Part shown: positions 13,701 to 25,754 of the stretch, piece after piece
Position numbering within the stretch: position 1 is the stretch's first letter
Layout: the number at the start of each line of letters is the position of its first letter
NCBI GenBank assembly: GCA_019828565.1
Contig: JAHDYR010000011.1
Span: forward strand, 71,072-135,071
DNA from: Carpediemonas membranifera BICM
Lineage: Eukaryota > Protista > Fornicata
Length of the DNA stretch: 64,000 nucleotides
Reading direction: 5' to 3'
Translations under genes and position numbers: made by a program
The notes under the pieces: generated by a model
What the model was told of the DNA's origin: nothing
Database searches by the model: none
The model's input: only the letters and a program-made list of their open reading frames with translations

Positions 13701-15146
13701 GACTGCTGTCGTGAGTGTGGACCTTACCTGCTCGGCCGAGCCCCAATGAGACTCGACCAGGTGGGTCGGGATGTTTGCGGTGAACCTATGCCGGAGTCGA
13801 TCCAGCTTGGCAAGGCTCAGCCACCCCTGGGTAGGCGTGGATGATGCTGGCCCAGGGTGCGCCTCCGTGATCTGGTTAAGAGCGCCAGGAGGGCCTGTGT
13901 ACACAAATGTACGTGGTTCAGGGCCTTGGCTTGCCTGCGGCGGCGGGCGAAGGGGAGGGTTGGCTGAGTCACCACGGGCTTCGTGCCCGGTCTCTGGCTC
14001 AGCTCTCTCCCCTTCCCCGCCTTCGACGCCCGCCAGGGAGAGGAACTCGGACACTGCGGTGTCGTCGATGTTCCTCTCCTCTGGCTGGGTGGGGGCAACC
14101 TGGGCGGGGGTCTGGCGCGTGGGCCTGTCACCCTGCGGGGCGGTTGCGGGCTGCGGCCCAGTTAGGGCGGCAGCGGAGTCGGTGGGGGCAGCATCGGCGG
14201 GGGTGGGGCTCGGGGGCCGGTCACCCTGCTGTGTGGCTGCAGGCTGCGGCCCAGTTAGGGCGGCAGCGGAGTCGGTGGGGGCAGCATCGGCAGGGGTGGG
14301 GCTCGGGGGCCGGTCACCCTGCTGTGTGGCTGCAGGCTGCGGCCCAGTTAGGGCGACAGCGGAGTCGGTGAGGGCAGTATCGGCAGGGGTGGGGCTCGGG
14401 GGCCTGTCACCCTGCGGGGCGGCTGCGGGCTGCGGCCCAGTTAGGGCGGCAGCGGAGTCGGTGGGGGCAGCATCGGCGGGGGTGGGGCTCGGGGGCCGGT
14501 CACCCTGCTGTGTGGCTGCAGGCTGCGGCCCAGTTAGGGCGGCAGCGGAGTCGGTGGGGGCAGCATCGGCGGGGGTGGGGCTCGGGGGCCGGTCACCCTG
14601 CTGTGTGGCTGCAGGCTGCGGCCCAGTTAGGGCGACAGCGGAGTCGGTGAGGGCAGTATCGGCAGGGGTGGGGCTCGGGGGCCTGTCACCCTGCGGGGCG
14701 GCTGCGGGCTGCGGCCCAGTTAGGGCGGCAGCGGAGTCGGTGGGGGCAGCATCGGCAGGGGTGGGGCTCGGGGGTCGGTCTCCCTGGCGTCGGGCGAAGG
14801 CCTCGGCCCTCGCGTACTCGCGGGCGATGCCCGCATTCGGTGGGCTGGCTGGGCGGGGCGCATGCTGGACCCGCTTCACCAAGGCGGTTACAGACGTCGT
14901 CCTCTGAGGGCCTCGGACAGTCTGAAGGAGGTTCATCCTTCTCGCTTTCACTGGGTCGATGGCGTGCTCGATCATACGCTCAAGAGCCTCGTTCGCACGT
15001 TCGATGGTGAGCGTTGATGTGAACGCCTGATCAGTGGCTGCAGCGTGCAGAATGGCGACAGCATTTGCGACGTGATCGTCGCGGCGGGAAGCTTTCACCT
15101 TGTGGCCGGGGCCGAAGCGATTTGTCGCCGCGTGAACGTAGTTAGT
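10794..15146 (-). mobile_element. CRE-like unit 3, 3' part (interrupted at codons TNYVH by the element at 15147..21487)
   Basis: RT and RLE motifs in ORFs 12126..15146, 11185..12228 and 10794..11441. The N-terminus resumes at 21488. Confidence 0.92.
14090..14785 (-). repeat. 93-bp (31-aa) coding tandem repeat, 7 copies
   Basis: Seven TGPQ units; units 1-3 are duplicated as units 4-6. Confidence 0.9.
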
Positions 15147-16056
15147 AGAAAGAAAGAAATTTATGGTGCTTGGATTCTGACCCCGGACTGAGCTTGTTTC
15201 CCGTTGTCTTGGAGCTGAGTGCCCCGGGGTACTGCCTATTTCCCGTGGCAAACTGGTCAGCAGCGTTTGCCTTGGGCTTTCGGTGCTACTGTCTCCGCGG
15301 AAAGCCGATTCCAATCGCCCCAGAGGCCCTGCGGCCATCTCCGTGCAAATATGCTTTCCTGTCTCCCTGAAAGTCCGGCAACTATCCGGGGAGCCTGGGG
15401 GTCTGTCCTCGGGGCATTGACAGGCAGGATCGTCCTGCAGAACCTTGACTATGACACTCCTTGCTTCCCTGCAGTCCTTGTAGAGCCGTTCAGCCACGGC
15501 ACCCTCTCGTCTGTCCGGTTCCCCAATTCCATGCCCCCTCGACTCTGTTAAGAGGCCTACCCGAAGGCGGGGGAAAGTGACTAAGTCCATGCTGTCTACC
15601 CCGGTTAGGTGGCGTGGGTCAGGGCATGGGTGGTGTACCCCCAGGCACTAGGCCTGGTTGTCCTGTTACCCCTTACAACATTTCGCTTGCACTACATGTC
15701 CTTGGTTTCCCATGTCGTTAACAAGGGCGGCAGGGGCACCTGTGCCCCTCCGACCCCCGTGGCCAGTCCCTGCAGTTTCCTTGGGGTCCCAACGAGTGGT
15801 GCAACCATATGAATATGGATTTCCTTGACCTTATCCTTGCTCTGTCCTTGTTGCATGTCCTTTCTTTCTTATTTCTGGTCTGTCCTTCCTGTTCTTTCCT
15901 TGCAGTCGTTCCTTCCCTTGCTTTGGTTCCTGGCTACCGGGATACGTGGGGCCTTTCCTCACTGATCCCAGGAGCTTAGCACCAGCGAGGGTGGTCCATG
16001 GCTGATTCCTTGTCCATCCCTTCCCGGTCCTGGAGTCAGGGGTTCATGACATGCTT

Positions 16057-17175
16057 CTATTCCACCTTGAAGCTGTTGTAAACCTTTGCCAGTTCCCGTA
16101 GTCCTGCCGTGAGGCCTTCCCAAATGTCTATTTCTGTCCATGGGGTTCGCTGGAGTTCGCTCCACACTCCGTTCCCGAACACTTTGTCCCTTGCCTTTGC
16201 TCCCCTGTTGTTCACTGGGTCGCCCATGCATGCTCTTATAGTCTCTTCCCATTGGTCCGAGCTCTTGATCCTGTTCAGCTTTGAGACTGTGACTGGCCCC
16301 TCCTTCTTTTCATGGGCCAGGTGTGCACCTCGGGTATGGCCAGAGCCACGTCTCGCTCACTTCTGCCATAGTACCGTTGTTCCTTCCATGCTAGTGTGAT
16401 TCCATTGTGTGCTGAGCCCCATACCCCGACCTTCTGAGACTCTACCACCTCAATCTCCGCCCCCTGGATTCCTGGTGTTGTCACTGCAAAGTCCGGGGTT
16501 GATGTTCCTGATGTGAGCGTCCCAGACTTGGGTATGATGGCTTTGAGCCTGTGCTTCTCCATCATATCCTTCCACCGGGTGGATCTTTCCATCTGGCCTG
16601 GGTCGATGTTCCAGTCTCCCATAATTATGGCCTCCATGCTCCCTTTCATGTCCATGATCTTCTGTATAGTGTCCCTGAATCCATCCTTCTCCTGCTTGCT
16701 GTGGCCGGATGGAGGGCCATACACGTTGATGACTAGTATGTCCCTGCCGGTTCTCATTATGCTGGCTTGCACTCTTCCCGATAGGCTGTCCGTTATGCCG
16801 ATGTCCCACTTTGCAGTTGCGTGTGGGCTCACTCTCGTGCCGATGCCTTCCCTTGTTCCCTTCCATCTTGGCGCAGGTTCGTCATTGCCTGCTATGCCTA
16901 GTTGTCGGTTGATGCGGTGCTGACTTTTTGACATCCGCCTTTCGTTTTTCGTTGGCTAAGACCAGGTCCTCTTCCGTCTCCCTCCCTGCTAGTGCGTAGT
17001 CAAGGTCCATGAAGCAATGAACCCTCGTATTCGCCGTTCTCCATGTCTCTTGTATGAGTACTGCCTCTATGTCCTTCAACCTTAGCTGAATCGCCGTTGC
17101 CATAGACGCCGTGAAGTCCTTTCCTCTTCCTATGTGTCCCTCTGTGTTCAGACTAAGTATCTTGTAGGTTACCAT
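16057..17175 (-). CDS. AP-endonuclease (APE)-only ORF2, frameshifted
   Basis: ILSLN, LIQET, INVYGP, MGDWN, TPDFAV, SAHNGI. Ends SFKVE-stop at 16057. Confidence 0.85.
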
Positions 17176-17506
17176 TGCCTTTGTCCTGTTTCCTTATCCT
17201 GCGAATTCCCAGAATTTGGGAGCCCCAGCTTCCCGCTCCTCTCCTGCTATCCTTGTCCTAACAAGGGGCCTAGATGCCGGTCTCGGTGACCCTTGTCAGG
17301 CCAACCTTGTTACCACCTGGTGACCTTCCATTCTTCGGGCAGGGTACTTAGGAGGGGGACGATATGACGTGACCCCCCTTTGGCTGCCGCTACAGCCTAC
17401 CGGCAGTGCATTTCAGCTAATGCCGGGCCCTGGGTGGGAGCCAGGGCTTGTGAATTATAAAGAAAATGTTGCTTGTTCCTTGAAAGAATACTGCTTTACC
17501 ATGTCC

Positions 17507-20500
17507 TTACTCCTCCTCCGTGGACTCCCCACTGCCGCTGCAGCTGTCCTCGGCCTGACTCACTTGCTGTCCTTGTAGACTCTGCATTACCGTGATGAAC
17601 TGGGTCATCAGGTCCATGGGTGAGATCTGCTTGGCCTTCTTAGCCTTCTTGTGCTTGTGCCGGGGGATCGTGGGCTTCTCCTTGCTGGGCTTAGTCGCGA
17701 CGCCGGAGAGCACCAACCTTCCGTGGCCTTGCTCTTGCATGAGTCGGGCAGCCTTGAGCGCTGAGATCTCTTGTTGCGCCTCTGCCAACTGCTTTCGGAG
17801 CCGCAGCTTCTCCGAGTCCATGCCGGTTGCCTGTCTGCTTCCAGACTCCCAGTCCATGTCCTCTTCGTGCCTGCTTCTCTTTCCGCTGTCCGAGTCCATG
17901 ATCCTACTCGTGCTGCCCTCCTTGCGCTTGAGCGTCGTGGAGGAAGAGTGATCCTTGCTGTTGTCCATGCCTCCCTCTGAGCCTCTACCGGCCCAGGTGT
18001 TCCCGCTGAACGAGCCTCTCATCTGCGTTTCCGTGTTGTCCTGTCTCTCCCTGTCGTCTCCTCCGTGGTTACGATCCGAGGTCCTGTTCATGTTACCAGC
18101 TCTGTCGCCGGTTCTGTCGTCAGCTCTGACACCAGCTCTACCGCCGGCTCCGTGTCCTACCCTTCTGTCCTCTTCCCTGTCTCCATGCTGGTCGTGATGT
18201 CCTTGATCCGCGTCCTGGCCGAAGTGCCTGCCCACCATCCTGGTGCTAATCCGCCTCGCCTTTTCCTCCAGGCCGTTGTCGAAGAACCTACTTTGGTATG
18301 GCTGTTCGGACTTTCCGTCGATGGTGGGGACATACGTGATGCCTGGGACATTGACTGTGTTGGCTCTGGGCTCGTCCGGGATAGCTGCCGAGACTAGTCT
18401 GGCCCCTTCCTTGCGCATGCGGCTTAGGATGGTCCCAGCCTCGCTGACCCTGACCATGCCCCAGTCTCTCGGGATGAAGCTCGCCCCTAGGGTGATCCTA
18501 CCCCCTGTTCCTGGGGGCCTTGACGTTGACTATGACCTTCTCATAGTCCCTGAGGCTCTCTGCTAGGTCGTCGCAGCCCCAGACTCCTTGATGAGCCGTA
18601 GCCTCCTTCGAGGGCCACCACTCGTATAGCATGGCCATGGTTATGATGTCCTCCTCCCTTGCTGCCCCTAGGCCCTTCCTGACGCGTACCATGCGGAGCT
18701 GGTTAGCCGTGGCTCTTTCCATGATGGTCCATAGCGGGCTTCTCTCCAGTACACCTTCGTTGTCCATGATTGTGAGGGGGGGCCAGTAAGATGCCCTTCA
18801 TGCCCAACAGAACCTCCCCGAACCCGAAGCCGATGCCGAAGCGGTGTCCGTTGTCCGGGACTACGAGGATCCTGTCGCCGACTTCCCTGCTGACGTCCCT
18901 TGCGTCCCCCGATCGGGTACGTGCCGAAGATCTCAAAGGTGTCCCTCCTTGTCGCGAATTCCGGGCCTCCCATGATATCCATGCCCGGCTCCGCCTTCCC
19001 GACTGCTTCCATGGTCTTGTCGAGTGCCTTACCCATGTAGTGGTAGACGTCTGGGGTGCTCATCCTCTCCTTGCATAGGGCCCCTGATCCTGGCTGTGAA
19101 GACTACTGTATCCGCCAACCCACAGTGGTAGCAACCCGCGGTGTGTCTGTGGTACGGACAGACTCCCTTGGGCTCGCTCCTGTTCTGCCATCCATTTGAC
19201 CATGTTGTTACTGCTTCCAGGTAGTTGGCCTTGTCGAGGTTGTCCCTGAGGTTTTGGCCAGCCTCCTCCTTGCCGTTGTTCTCCAGGATCTCTGGTAGCT
19301 TCTTCTCGTCCACCAGCCTAGCTTGGAAGAATTCCCTGGTTCCTTGCTCCAGTCCATTTGTGGGGTTCGTGAGGAGGAAGCTTTCCATCTCCACCCCCTT
19401 TGCATACATGATTATCTTCCAACCCTCCGACCTTTCGATCCTTGCCAGCTGAGCCGCCAGGCGGTTGGCCCAGTCCCTGAAAGTATGTATGTGCTTCTCA
19501 TACTCGATCGGCGGCCGCCCCGTCCCGACCTCCACGAAGGTGGCCGGCGGCAGCCCCGTCACTGCCCATGCCGTGTACCTCGCTTGGTCCATGCTTGCTG
19601 CCGGTATGTCCTGGTAATACAGGCCATGCCCGTGTCCAAGAATGTCCCCAGTGCTGAGGTCAAAGAGTACGATCCCGCCCTCAACCGGGATGGCAGGGAT
19701 CCCTGCCTTCTTGACGCCAGGGTCTGCGCACTCGAAGTCGATGGCTCCGATCACCAGTCGTTTCTCCTTGTCCTTTCTAGGCATCCTCGGCGGCTGGCTG
19801 CTGACCTTGTTTGAGTCGACCTCCTCGTCCTGGTCGATCTTGCCTTGGTTGGCCCCCGACCATGTCCTTGTTCACTTCCAGGAGGCTGTCGTCGAGGCTT
19901 CTTCTGCCGGGCATGGTGGCCTGCTGGCGTCGTTCCTCCTTGTCCTTGACATGTTGCTCCTCGTCTCCGTCGATGACCGTGCTAGCGGACGACCTGTCCA
20001 GATCGGCATGTTCGTCCCTATTGCTGCGGACCGAGGTGGCCTTGAGCACTTCCAGCCTCACCTTCCGGAACGGCGGCTCGTTGCTAAGGGGGTCTCCTCC
20101 CCTTCGCCCAGGATATTGGTTCTGCCCTTCAGGTAGATCCCTGACTTGTTCCATGCTGCCTGCCATATGGCCGGGGCCTCCGGTGCCTGAAGCCTGAGGA
20201 TGTCCCTAGCCTCCTCCATGAAGCGGCTGATGGACCATGCTGACGTGTCGCTTAGCTCTAGGATGACCCTGTACTTGCCGTCCTCTTGCTCGTAGGCCAC
20301 TCTGGTGACCGGGCCTTGGTTTGCCGGATCCCATACCTTGTCGTAAGGCACGCCTTCTACGGCCTCGTCTCCATGAGCCCCTGATACCAGTATGAACGAC
20401 CCTTCGGCCTTCTTGACGCTGTCCCTGTCTACATCCCATTCGATGGGCCCATCTTCCTTCGGCTTGAGGATCGCCGTCTCGATGTCCTTCTCAGATGGCC

Positions 20501-21014
20501 ATCTTGCCATGCCAGTGAAGCCCGCTTTCAGCGTCTTGGGCTCCAGTGCCTGTGCCATGTCCTTTGCTTCCTCGTCTCTGGGGTTGAGCGCCTCTGTGAG
20601 CATGTAGAAAAGGTCGCGGAGGCCGTGGATGCCGCATGGGTTCCTGAGGATGATGTCCTTGTTGTCAGTGACGCCGGTTGCGAAGAGGATGCGTCTGGCG
20701 TTCATGATTACTTCCTTGCGTCCTTTGGAGTTCGCATTGAGCGACTTTCCTGTAAACTTGCCTGTTCTACGAAGAAGTAGAGTCCTTGAATCGTTCCTTT
20801 CAGCGAGGAAGCTGTCCAGTAGTTCCCTGATGTCCTCCCACTGCTTCTGCGTGGAATCCCTGATCCTTGTCGGTATTTCTACCTGCATTGTTGAGTGCAA
20901 AATTTCTCCCCTTTTCCTAGTCCATAAACTGGGTCGGAATTTTTGGGTCCGAAAGTCGGGCCACATGTACATATCCGGGTGAGGTCTCCGTCCAGGCCTT
21001 CCAGTTTCTCCCAT
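17507..21014 (-). CDS. ORF1 polyprotein (read as several frameshifted pieces) with central DEDDh/MAEL-like domain and C-terminal coiled coil
   Basis: Overlapping same-strand ORFs 20058..21014, 19777..20166, 19029..19784, 18668..19063, 18498..18767 and 17507..18457. Treating them as one ORF is inference. Confidence 0.65.
19029..19784 (-). CDS. Maelstrom/arenavirus-NP-like DEDDh 3'-5' exonuclease domain with ECHC zinc site
   Basis: Motifs IDFE, PVE, AKGVEME, LVDE, CPYH, HCGLAD. A homologue lies at 59848..61028. Confidence 0.75.
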   Translation of the reverse strand: MPRKDKEKRLVIGAIDFECADPGVKKAGIPAIPVEGGIVLFDLSTGDILGHGHGLYYQDIPAASMDQARYTAWAVTGLPPATFVEVGTGRPPIEYEKHIHTFRDWANRLAAQLARIERSEGWKIIMYAKGVEMESFLLTNPTNGLEQGTREFFQARLVDEKKLPEILENNGKEEAGQNLRDNLDKANYLEAVTTWSNGWQNRSEPKGVCPYHRHTAGCYHCGLADTVVFTARIRGPMQGEDEHPRRLPLHG

Positions 21015-21487
21015 TGTCCATGCTCCGAACTATATAGGCCATTCTTTCAAAAAGGCGCGGTCCTAAAAATGCGTCGCCCTTTTCTGAGTAGCGGGGCCTT
21101 TCTGTGTAGTTGTTGTTGCTTTGTTCGTAGTCTCCTTTTAGCCCCTATCGACGGCCCCTGTTTCCCTTCTGTGCTGCCCTTCCTTCCTTGTGGTCTTGAC
21201 AAAACCATGTTGCCGCCGGTGCTAGCACCGGCCCCCGACGGTTGTTTTCCTTATCCTTGTAAACATACGTTCCATGAAGACACTTTGATTCCTTGGTATG
21301 GGCGTGGAGCTCCCACTCGCGCCCAGCGGTATGCCCTGATAGCAACCCTTGAATGTTCAGACAGGAGGCCAAGGCCGCTCCTTCTGAGCTCCATGGGGCA
21401 CTGCCCTATCCATATAGGCCAGGCCTGTTGGTCCTTGTCCATCCATGATCGAAGTGTTTCCACTTTGCTGAAATCATTGGTGAACTG

Positions 21488-21785
21488 GTGAACGTAGTTA
21501 GTTATCCAAACCAAGTTGCTCACCGTGAAGAAACGCTTGTAATCCGAAATAAGGCTCAATAGACGTTCTTTGTTCATGCAGATCTCAATAAAGGCCTCAG
21601 TATCCTTCGGCCAAGAGTTCTTCGAGCTGGAGGGATGGAAATCGTTAATCCACCGCAGAAGAGCAGCGAACAGCGCTAATCGCTTGTCAATAGACGTACC
21701 AGGTCCTTCATCGGATGTATGGCAGGATTCGTCGCCTTGCGGCGGCGAATCGAGCAACTTTCCTCTGGATACCATGGCCGAATTT
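21488..21785 (-). mobile_element. CRE-like unit 3, displaced 5' coding part
   Basis: Encodes MVSRGK...WITNYVH, matching units 0/4/5. Cut at 21785 by the YR element. Confidence 0.9.
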
Positions 21786-21828
21786 GGCAAGGCCAGCGGA
21801 GCCAAAACTTCGGCGCGAGAGGTCGAGG

Positions 21829-22401
21829 ATGATTCGATACGATCTCAAAGACGGGATCGTGCGTCTCATAAGGGCGGTTCAGTTGTTCAAGAGCGAACTG
21901 AAACAGATGGGAGACGCCGCCCAAGAGATCGCAGAGCTCAAAGCCACCGTTCAACAGCTTCAAGACGCATTTACTGCCGGCGGCAACGTCCGAGAGACAG
22001 TAGATCTGCTTCGGCAAGAGACCACCATGACTTGGAAGCGTCCTGCTTCATCCACTATGCGCGAAGAGGCGGAGTTCCTCGAGGAGATCTACCGCAGCTT
22101 CAAGTTCAATCGAATCAGTGGCTTCGCCGTACTCGCTCGCATCTTCCTCCGTCACCGAGTCCTATGGGTGGACCGCTACGGCTACCTAGCCGCCTCTGCT
22201 GTCTCCACCGCGGGCATGGCCGCCCTTGCCGAGCGCCACGAGATGAACGAGACGGAGATCGAGACTCTCGTCCTCCGCACCCTGTCCAAGATCCCCCGCC
22301 TGACCGAGAAGAACACCAAGCCCGGCACCGGACATGACGGCGGCAACCGGGGTTTTCACGGGAAGAAGCCGAAGCGCGCCGGCACGAAGAACTCAAACTA
22401 A
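21829..22401 (+). CDS. Putative gag-like ORF1 (coiled coil, basic C-terminus)
   Basis: Position upstream of RT; 190 aa; identical in both copies. Confidence 0.65.
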   Translation: MIRYDLKDGIVRLIRAVQLFKSELKQMGDAAQEIAELKATVQQLQDAFTAGGNVRETVDLLRQETTMTWKRPASSTMREEAEFLEEIYRSFKFNRISGFAVLARIFLRHRVLWVDRYGYLAASAVSTAGMAALAERHEMNETEIETLVLRTLSKIPRLTEKNTKPGTGHDGGNRGFHGKKPKRAGTKNSN

Positions 22402-22765
22402 GTCAAAAGAAACCACCCATCAAGGATCCTCGCCCCGGTCCACAGGTCCTAACTCCTCATCCAACCACAAATCCCACTACTCCTCAATCTCCTCCCCTGT
22501 CACCGACGCCTCCTCCTCCCCCGTCCACAGCACCTCCTCCCCCGTCAGTTCCACCATTTCCCTGCATCAACAGGCAGTGGCGCCTATGGAGGCACTTGGG
22601 CGCGCCATCAGAGGTGGTTACGCGAGGGCGTCCCGATATCCCTAAGAGCGCACCCTCGTCATCCGCGCCTACCACCAACTCGCGCCAAGGACCGCAAGGC
22701 ATTCCGCGACCACCTGAAAACCCTCCTGAGCCTGGGCGCGGCAAGCCCATGCCGGTCTCCCCAGC

Positions 22766-24415
22766 TTGATCTCACCTATCTTCACTGTGCCGAAGACGCC
22801 ACCAGAGACGCGTCTGATCCACGACCTAAGGGCATTGAACGCAGTGTCAACGGAACATCGAACCTTTCGGCTGAAGGGAGTCAAGCAAGCGATGGCCCAG
22901 CTTCGCGAAGGAGACTACATGGCACGCTTGGACCTAGTCAAGGGCTACTACCAGTTAGGGGTCAGGGCCTCGGACAGCCCGCTGCTGGGTTTCGTGGTCG
23001 ACGGGAGACCCTATGCCTTCAACGTCCTACCCTTCGGCTGGGGCCCAGCGCCATTCTTCTTCCAAAGGGTGATGCTGACAGCAGCGCAGATCGTAGCACG
23101 GATGTTCCCAGGCATCAACTTGACCATCTATCTCGACGACTGGCTCCTGTCCGGGGACAAGAAGACACTGACCGCTGCGATGCCCGGCATACTACAGCTC
23201 CTAGAGAACCTCGGCCTGGTCATCAACAGGAAGAAATCGCAGCTCTCACCCACGCAGCAGACCGACTTCCTTGGCTTCGTCATGGACTCTGGCCGGCGGG
23301 GGATCGCTCTGCAGGACAGCAAGCGGCAGAAGTACCTCTCACGAGTCAGGGAGGCCTTGGCATCGGGGGCCACGACACACAGCATGCAGCGGTTGTTGGG
23401 CAATCTCGGCTTTGCAGCCATCATTTGGCCGGAGGGCCGAGCCGCTATCAGACCCCTCCAGAGAGCCCAACTGAAGGACCGCTACCGCACACTCATATCC
23501 GGCGAAGCGAGAGAAGCACTGATCCAATGGGAGCGCCGCTTATCACGGCCATCTCCGATAAGGTCCTTCCAAGAGCTGCTTCACCTGTGGGGTCTGTCTC
23601 CGACGCTCCACATCACAGCGATGACAGACGCCTCTCACTCAGGACTCGGCGGAGTGATCACAATCCCGGGCCGTCAACCCTTCACCTTCACCAGGCCGGC
23701 CCCGGTGGACGAGCACATCACATTGCTCGAGTTCCGAGCAGTGGAACAAGCAGTGAGACTGATCCTAGCAGAGCCGTTGACAGACGCGGAGGTCACCATC
23801 TACTCCGACTCGGTGGCAGCAGTCAGCTGGTGGAACAAGCAAGGCTCAACCAAGGCTCCGCAGTTTGTAGACTCAGTCATACGGGACCTGCTACCCACAC
23901 TGAGCGAAAGGGCCATCAGGATAAGGCTCCTTCACGTCTCTGGTCACTTGAACGTCCAAGCCGACGCATTGTCGAGGTCCGAAACGCTCTCAGCGCCTCG
24001 TCGGATCATCGACAGGATCACAGCCGAGTGGGGTCCCATGCAGAAAGAGATCTGGCCCTCCGAGTGGCTTGGAGCTCGAGTAGAACACAGCCCGTCGACG
24101 GTCGACGACAGCAGGTTCATAGACATGGACTGGTCGACAGGAAGGTGGCTAGCAGTGACACCCTTCGCGCTCCTATCAGCAGTATATGCAAAGCTGTGCC
24201 ACCTCCACATTGCAAGGACCACACAGCCGAGATCCCTACCAAGTGCCCTCGTCCTGCTAGTGTCCGACTGCAGATCGCCGACGGCAGTTGCGCTGAGAGA
24301 GCTGACTCCGCACCGCATGTTCTTCAGAGTCAAAGCGGAGGACGCGGACCTATCAGCGATCACCCCCTGCAGGCGGACGGCACATACCGATTGGCGGCCC
24401 TGTTTGTGGGAGTGA
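22766..24415 (+). CDS. RT + RNase H + degenerate methyltransferase-like domain
   Basis: SPIFTVPK, RLIHDLRALN, LDLVKGYYQ, LPFG, YLDD, TDAS, LEFRAV, SDS, NVQADALSR. Confidence 0.93.
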   Translation: MISPIFTVPKTPPETRLIHDLRALNAVSTEHRTFRLKGVKQAMAQLREGDYMARLDLVKGYYQLGVRASDSPLLGFVVDGRPYAFNVLPFGWGPAPFFFQRVMLTAAQIVARMFPGINLTIYLDDWLLSGDKKTLTAAMPGILQLLENLGLVINRKKSQLSPTQQTDFLGFVMDSGRRGIALQDSKRQKYLSRVREALASGATTHSMQRLLGNLGFAAIIWPEGRAAIRPLQRAQLKDRYRTLISGEAREALIQWERRLSRPSPIRSFQELLHLWGLSPTLHITAMTDASHSGLGGVITIPGRQPFTFTRPAPVDEHITLLEFRAVEQAVRLILAEPLTDAEVTIYSDSVAAVSWWNKQGSTKAPQFVDSVIRDLLPTLSERAIRIRLLHVSGHLNVQADALSRSETLSAPRRIIDRITAEWGPMQKEIWPSEWLGARVEHSPSTVDDSRFIDMDWSTGRWLAVTPFALLSAVYAKLCHLHIARTTQPRSLPSALVLLVSDCRSPTAVALRELTPHRMFFRVKAEDADLSAITPCRRTAHTDWRPCLWE

Positions 24416-24443
24416 CATCTTCACCATCTCCCTCGAGGGTGAC

Positions 24444-25308
24444 ATGTTAAGTGGATTCGTAGACAAGCGCCACGTCGCGGGTGTGCTCCAACAGTTCTCG
24501 GGTTTCTGGGGTGCCCTTCCACCTGACACTAGCAGCATCGAAGTCATAAGAGCATGGGCCAAGGACCAAGCCTCGAGGGTCACCAAGGATACAATCACCT
24601 CGAAGTGGAGCCTAATCCGTCGCTTCTTCGGCCGGGTGTCATCATGGGAACCACCGCTGGACGCCGACGCAGTCATCAAAGAGCAGGCAAGGAACGCTCT
24701 TGGGAAGCTTAGAGGGCCTGCTCTCCCGATTCGCGCGCACACTCTGGTTGACAGGCTTCGGGCTGCCCACCCTCAGTCTCGAGACGACGACCTTTGGAAG
24801 GAGGCTTTCGCCTTTGCACTGACCACCTACGCCACGACCTCCAGGCCAGGAGAGATCTATGCCCTGCATGTTGGTGACGTTAGAGCGGAGAGCGCGCCGC
24901 GGGCTAAGAATCTCCATCCACGGCACTAAGACCCGGCGAGTGGTCGTTGAGAAGCTCGTCCCGAGAGTCGACGGGGAGCTAGACCCGGCTCACTGGCTAT
25001 CTGAGGTCCTAGTCAATAGGATAGATGCAGGCGCGGTGGCCGAAGACCCTCTCTGGTCGCACCCCTACTCAGTCATTGAGGACCAGGTGAAGGGCATCAT
25101 CTCCACGCAGGCTCGGCTGCACGGTCTGCGCCGCGGGAGCGCGGCTGACCTGGTTCTGATGGGTATCCCTATCCCGGTTGTTGCGGCGAAGGGCACATGG
25201 GCTGACCAGAACTCATTGATCCGTTATGTGGAAGACGTGCTTCGCCTGGACTACAGCACGTCCGTAGCCCCGTTCAGAGCCTTATTAGAGAAGGATAAGA
25301 AGAGATAA
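24444..25308 (+). CDS. Tyrosine recombinase (2-nt indel at ~24895 relative to copy 2)
   Basis: SRPGE, TKT, HGLRRG, GTW, IRY. Confidence 0.88.
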
Positions 25309-25754
25309 GCCCCTCAAAGCCATTGAGGAGTGGCTGCGAGGGGTATGATTGTGGGCCTTAGTGAGGCTAATCATAAACCTTGATGGACAAGGTGATATTG
25401 GCTATTTGGAAGCCGTTAAGGCTTTAGAGTCTCTTTTAGGCTCGATGGTTCAATAATTGCGCATCAGATGAAGAAATTGCGCAACAAAAGTGAAAAATCG
25501 CTAGAACTCCTCAACGAAGCGCCGTTGAGGGCTATAGACCTCGTTTTGAGCTCTTTGTGTTGGCATATGCAATGAATTGCAGCCGGGGCACAGCTTGCAT
25601 GAAAGACATCGAGAGTGTCTTAAAGTGCACCGATCGGCTGCAATCGCTTGGGCGGCGACTGGTTCCCTGTGGGAATGGACGGAGTCTACCGGATCGTCAG
25701 CCTGTCTGACTGGCAAGGCCAGCGGAGCCAAAACTTCGGCGCGAGAGGTCGAGG

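Larger units (their letters stand above)
15147..21487 (-). mobile_element. Complete RT-less LINE-like retroelement (ORF1 with MAEL-like nuclease, ORF2 AP-endonuclease only)
   Basis: 15-bp TSD gtgaacgtagttagt at 15132..15146 and 21488..21502. 3' tail reads aaatttctttctttct on the minus strand. APE motifs are present and no RT motifs were found. Confidence 0.88.
21786..25711 (+). mobile_element. Tyrosine-recombinase retrotransposon (DIRS/PAT-like), copy 1
   Basis: Order is gag-like, RT/RNase H/MT-like, YR. The 3.93-kb unit is repeated head-to-tail. Confidence 0.92.

Noticed and set aside
12126-15590. 1154-aa ORF with a unique N-terminus (MDLVTFP...)
   Set aside because: Chance fusion: 15147..15590 is the 3' UTR and tail of the inserted element read into the CRE frame. 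The true N-terminus is at 21488..21775.
21715-22401. 228-aa extended gag ORF and minus-strand ORF 21251..21805
   Set aside because: Both cross element junctions and are chimeric artefacts.
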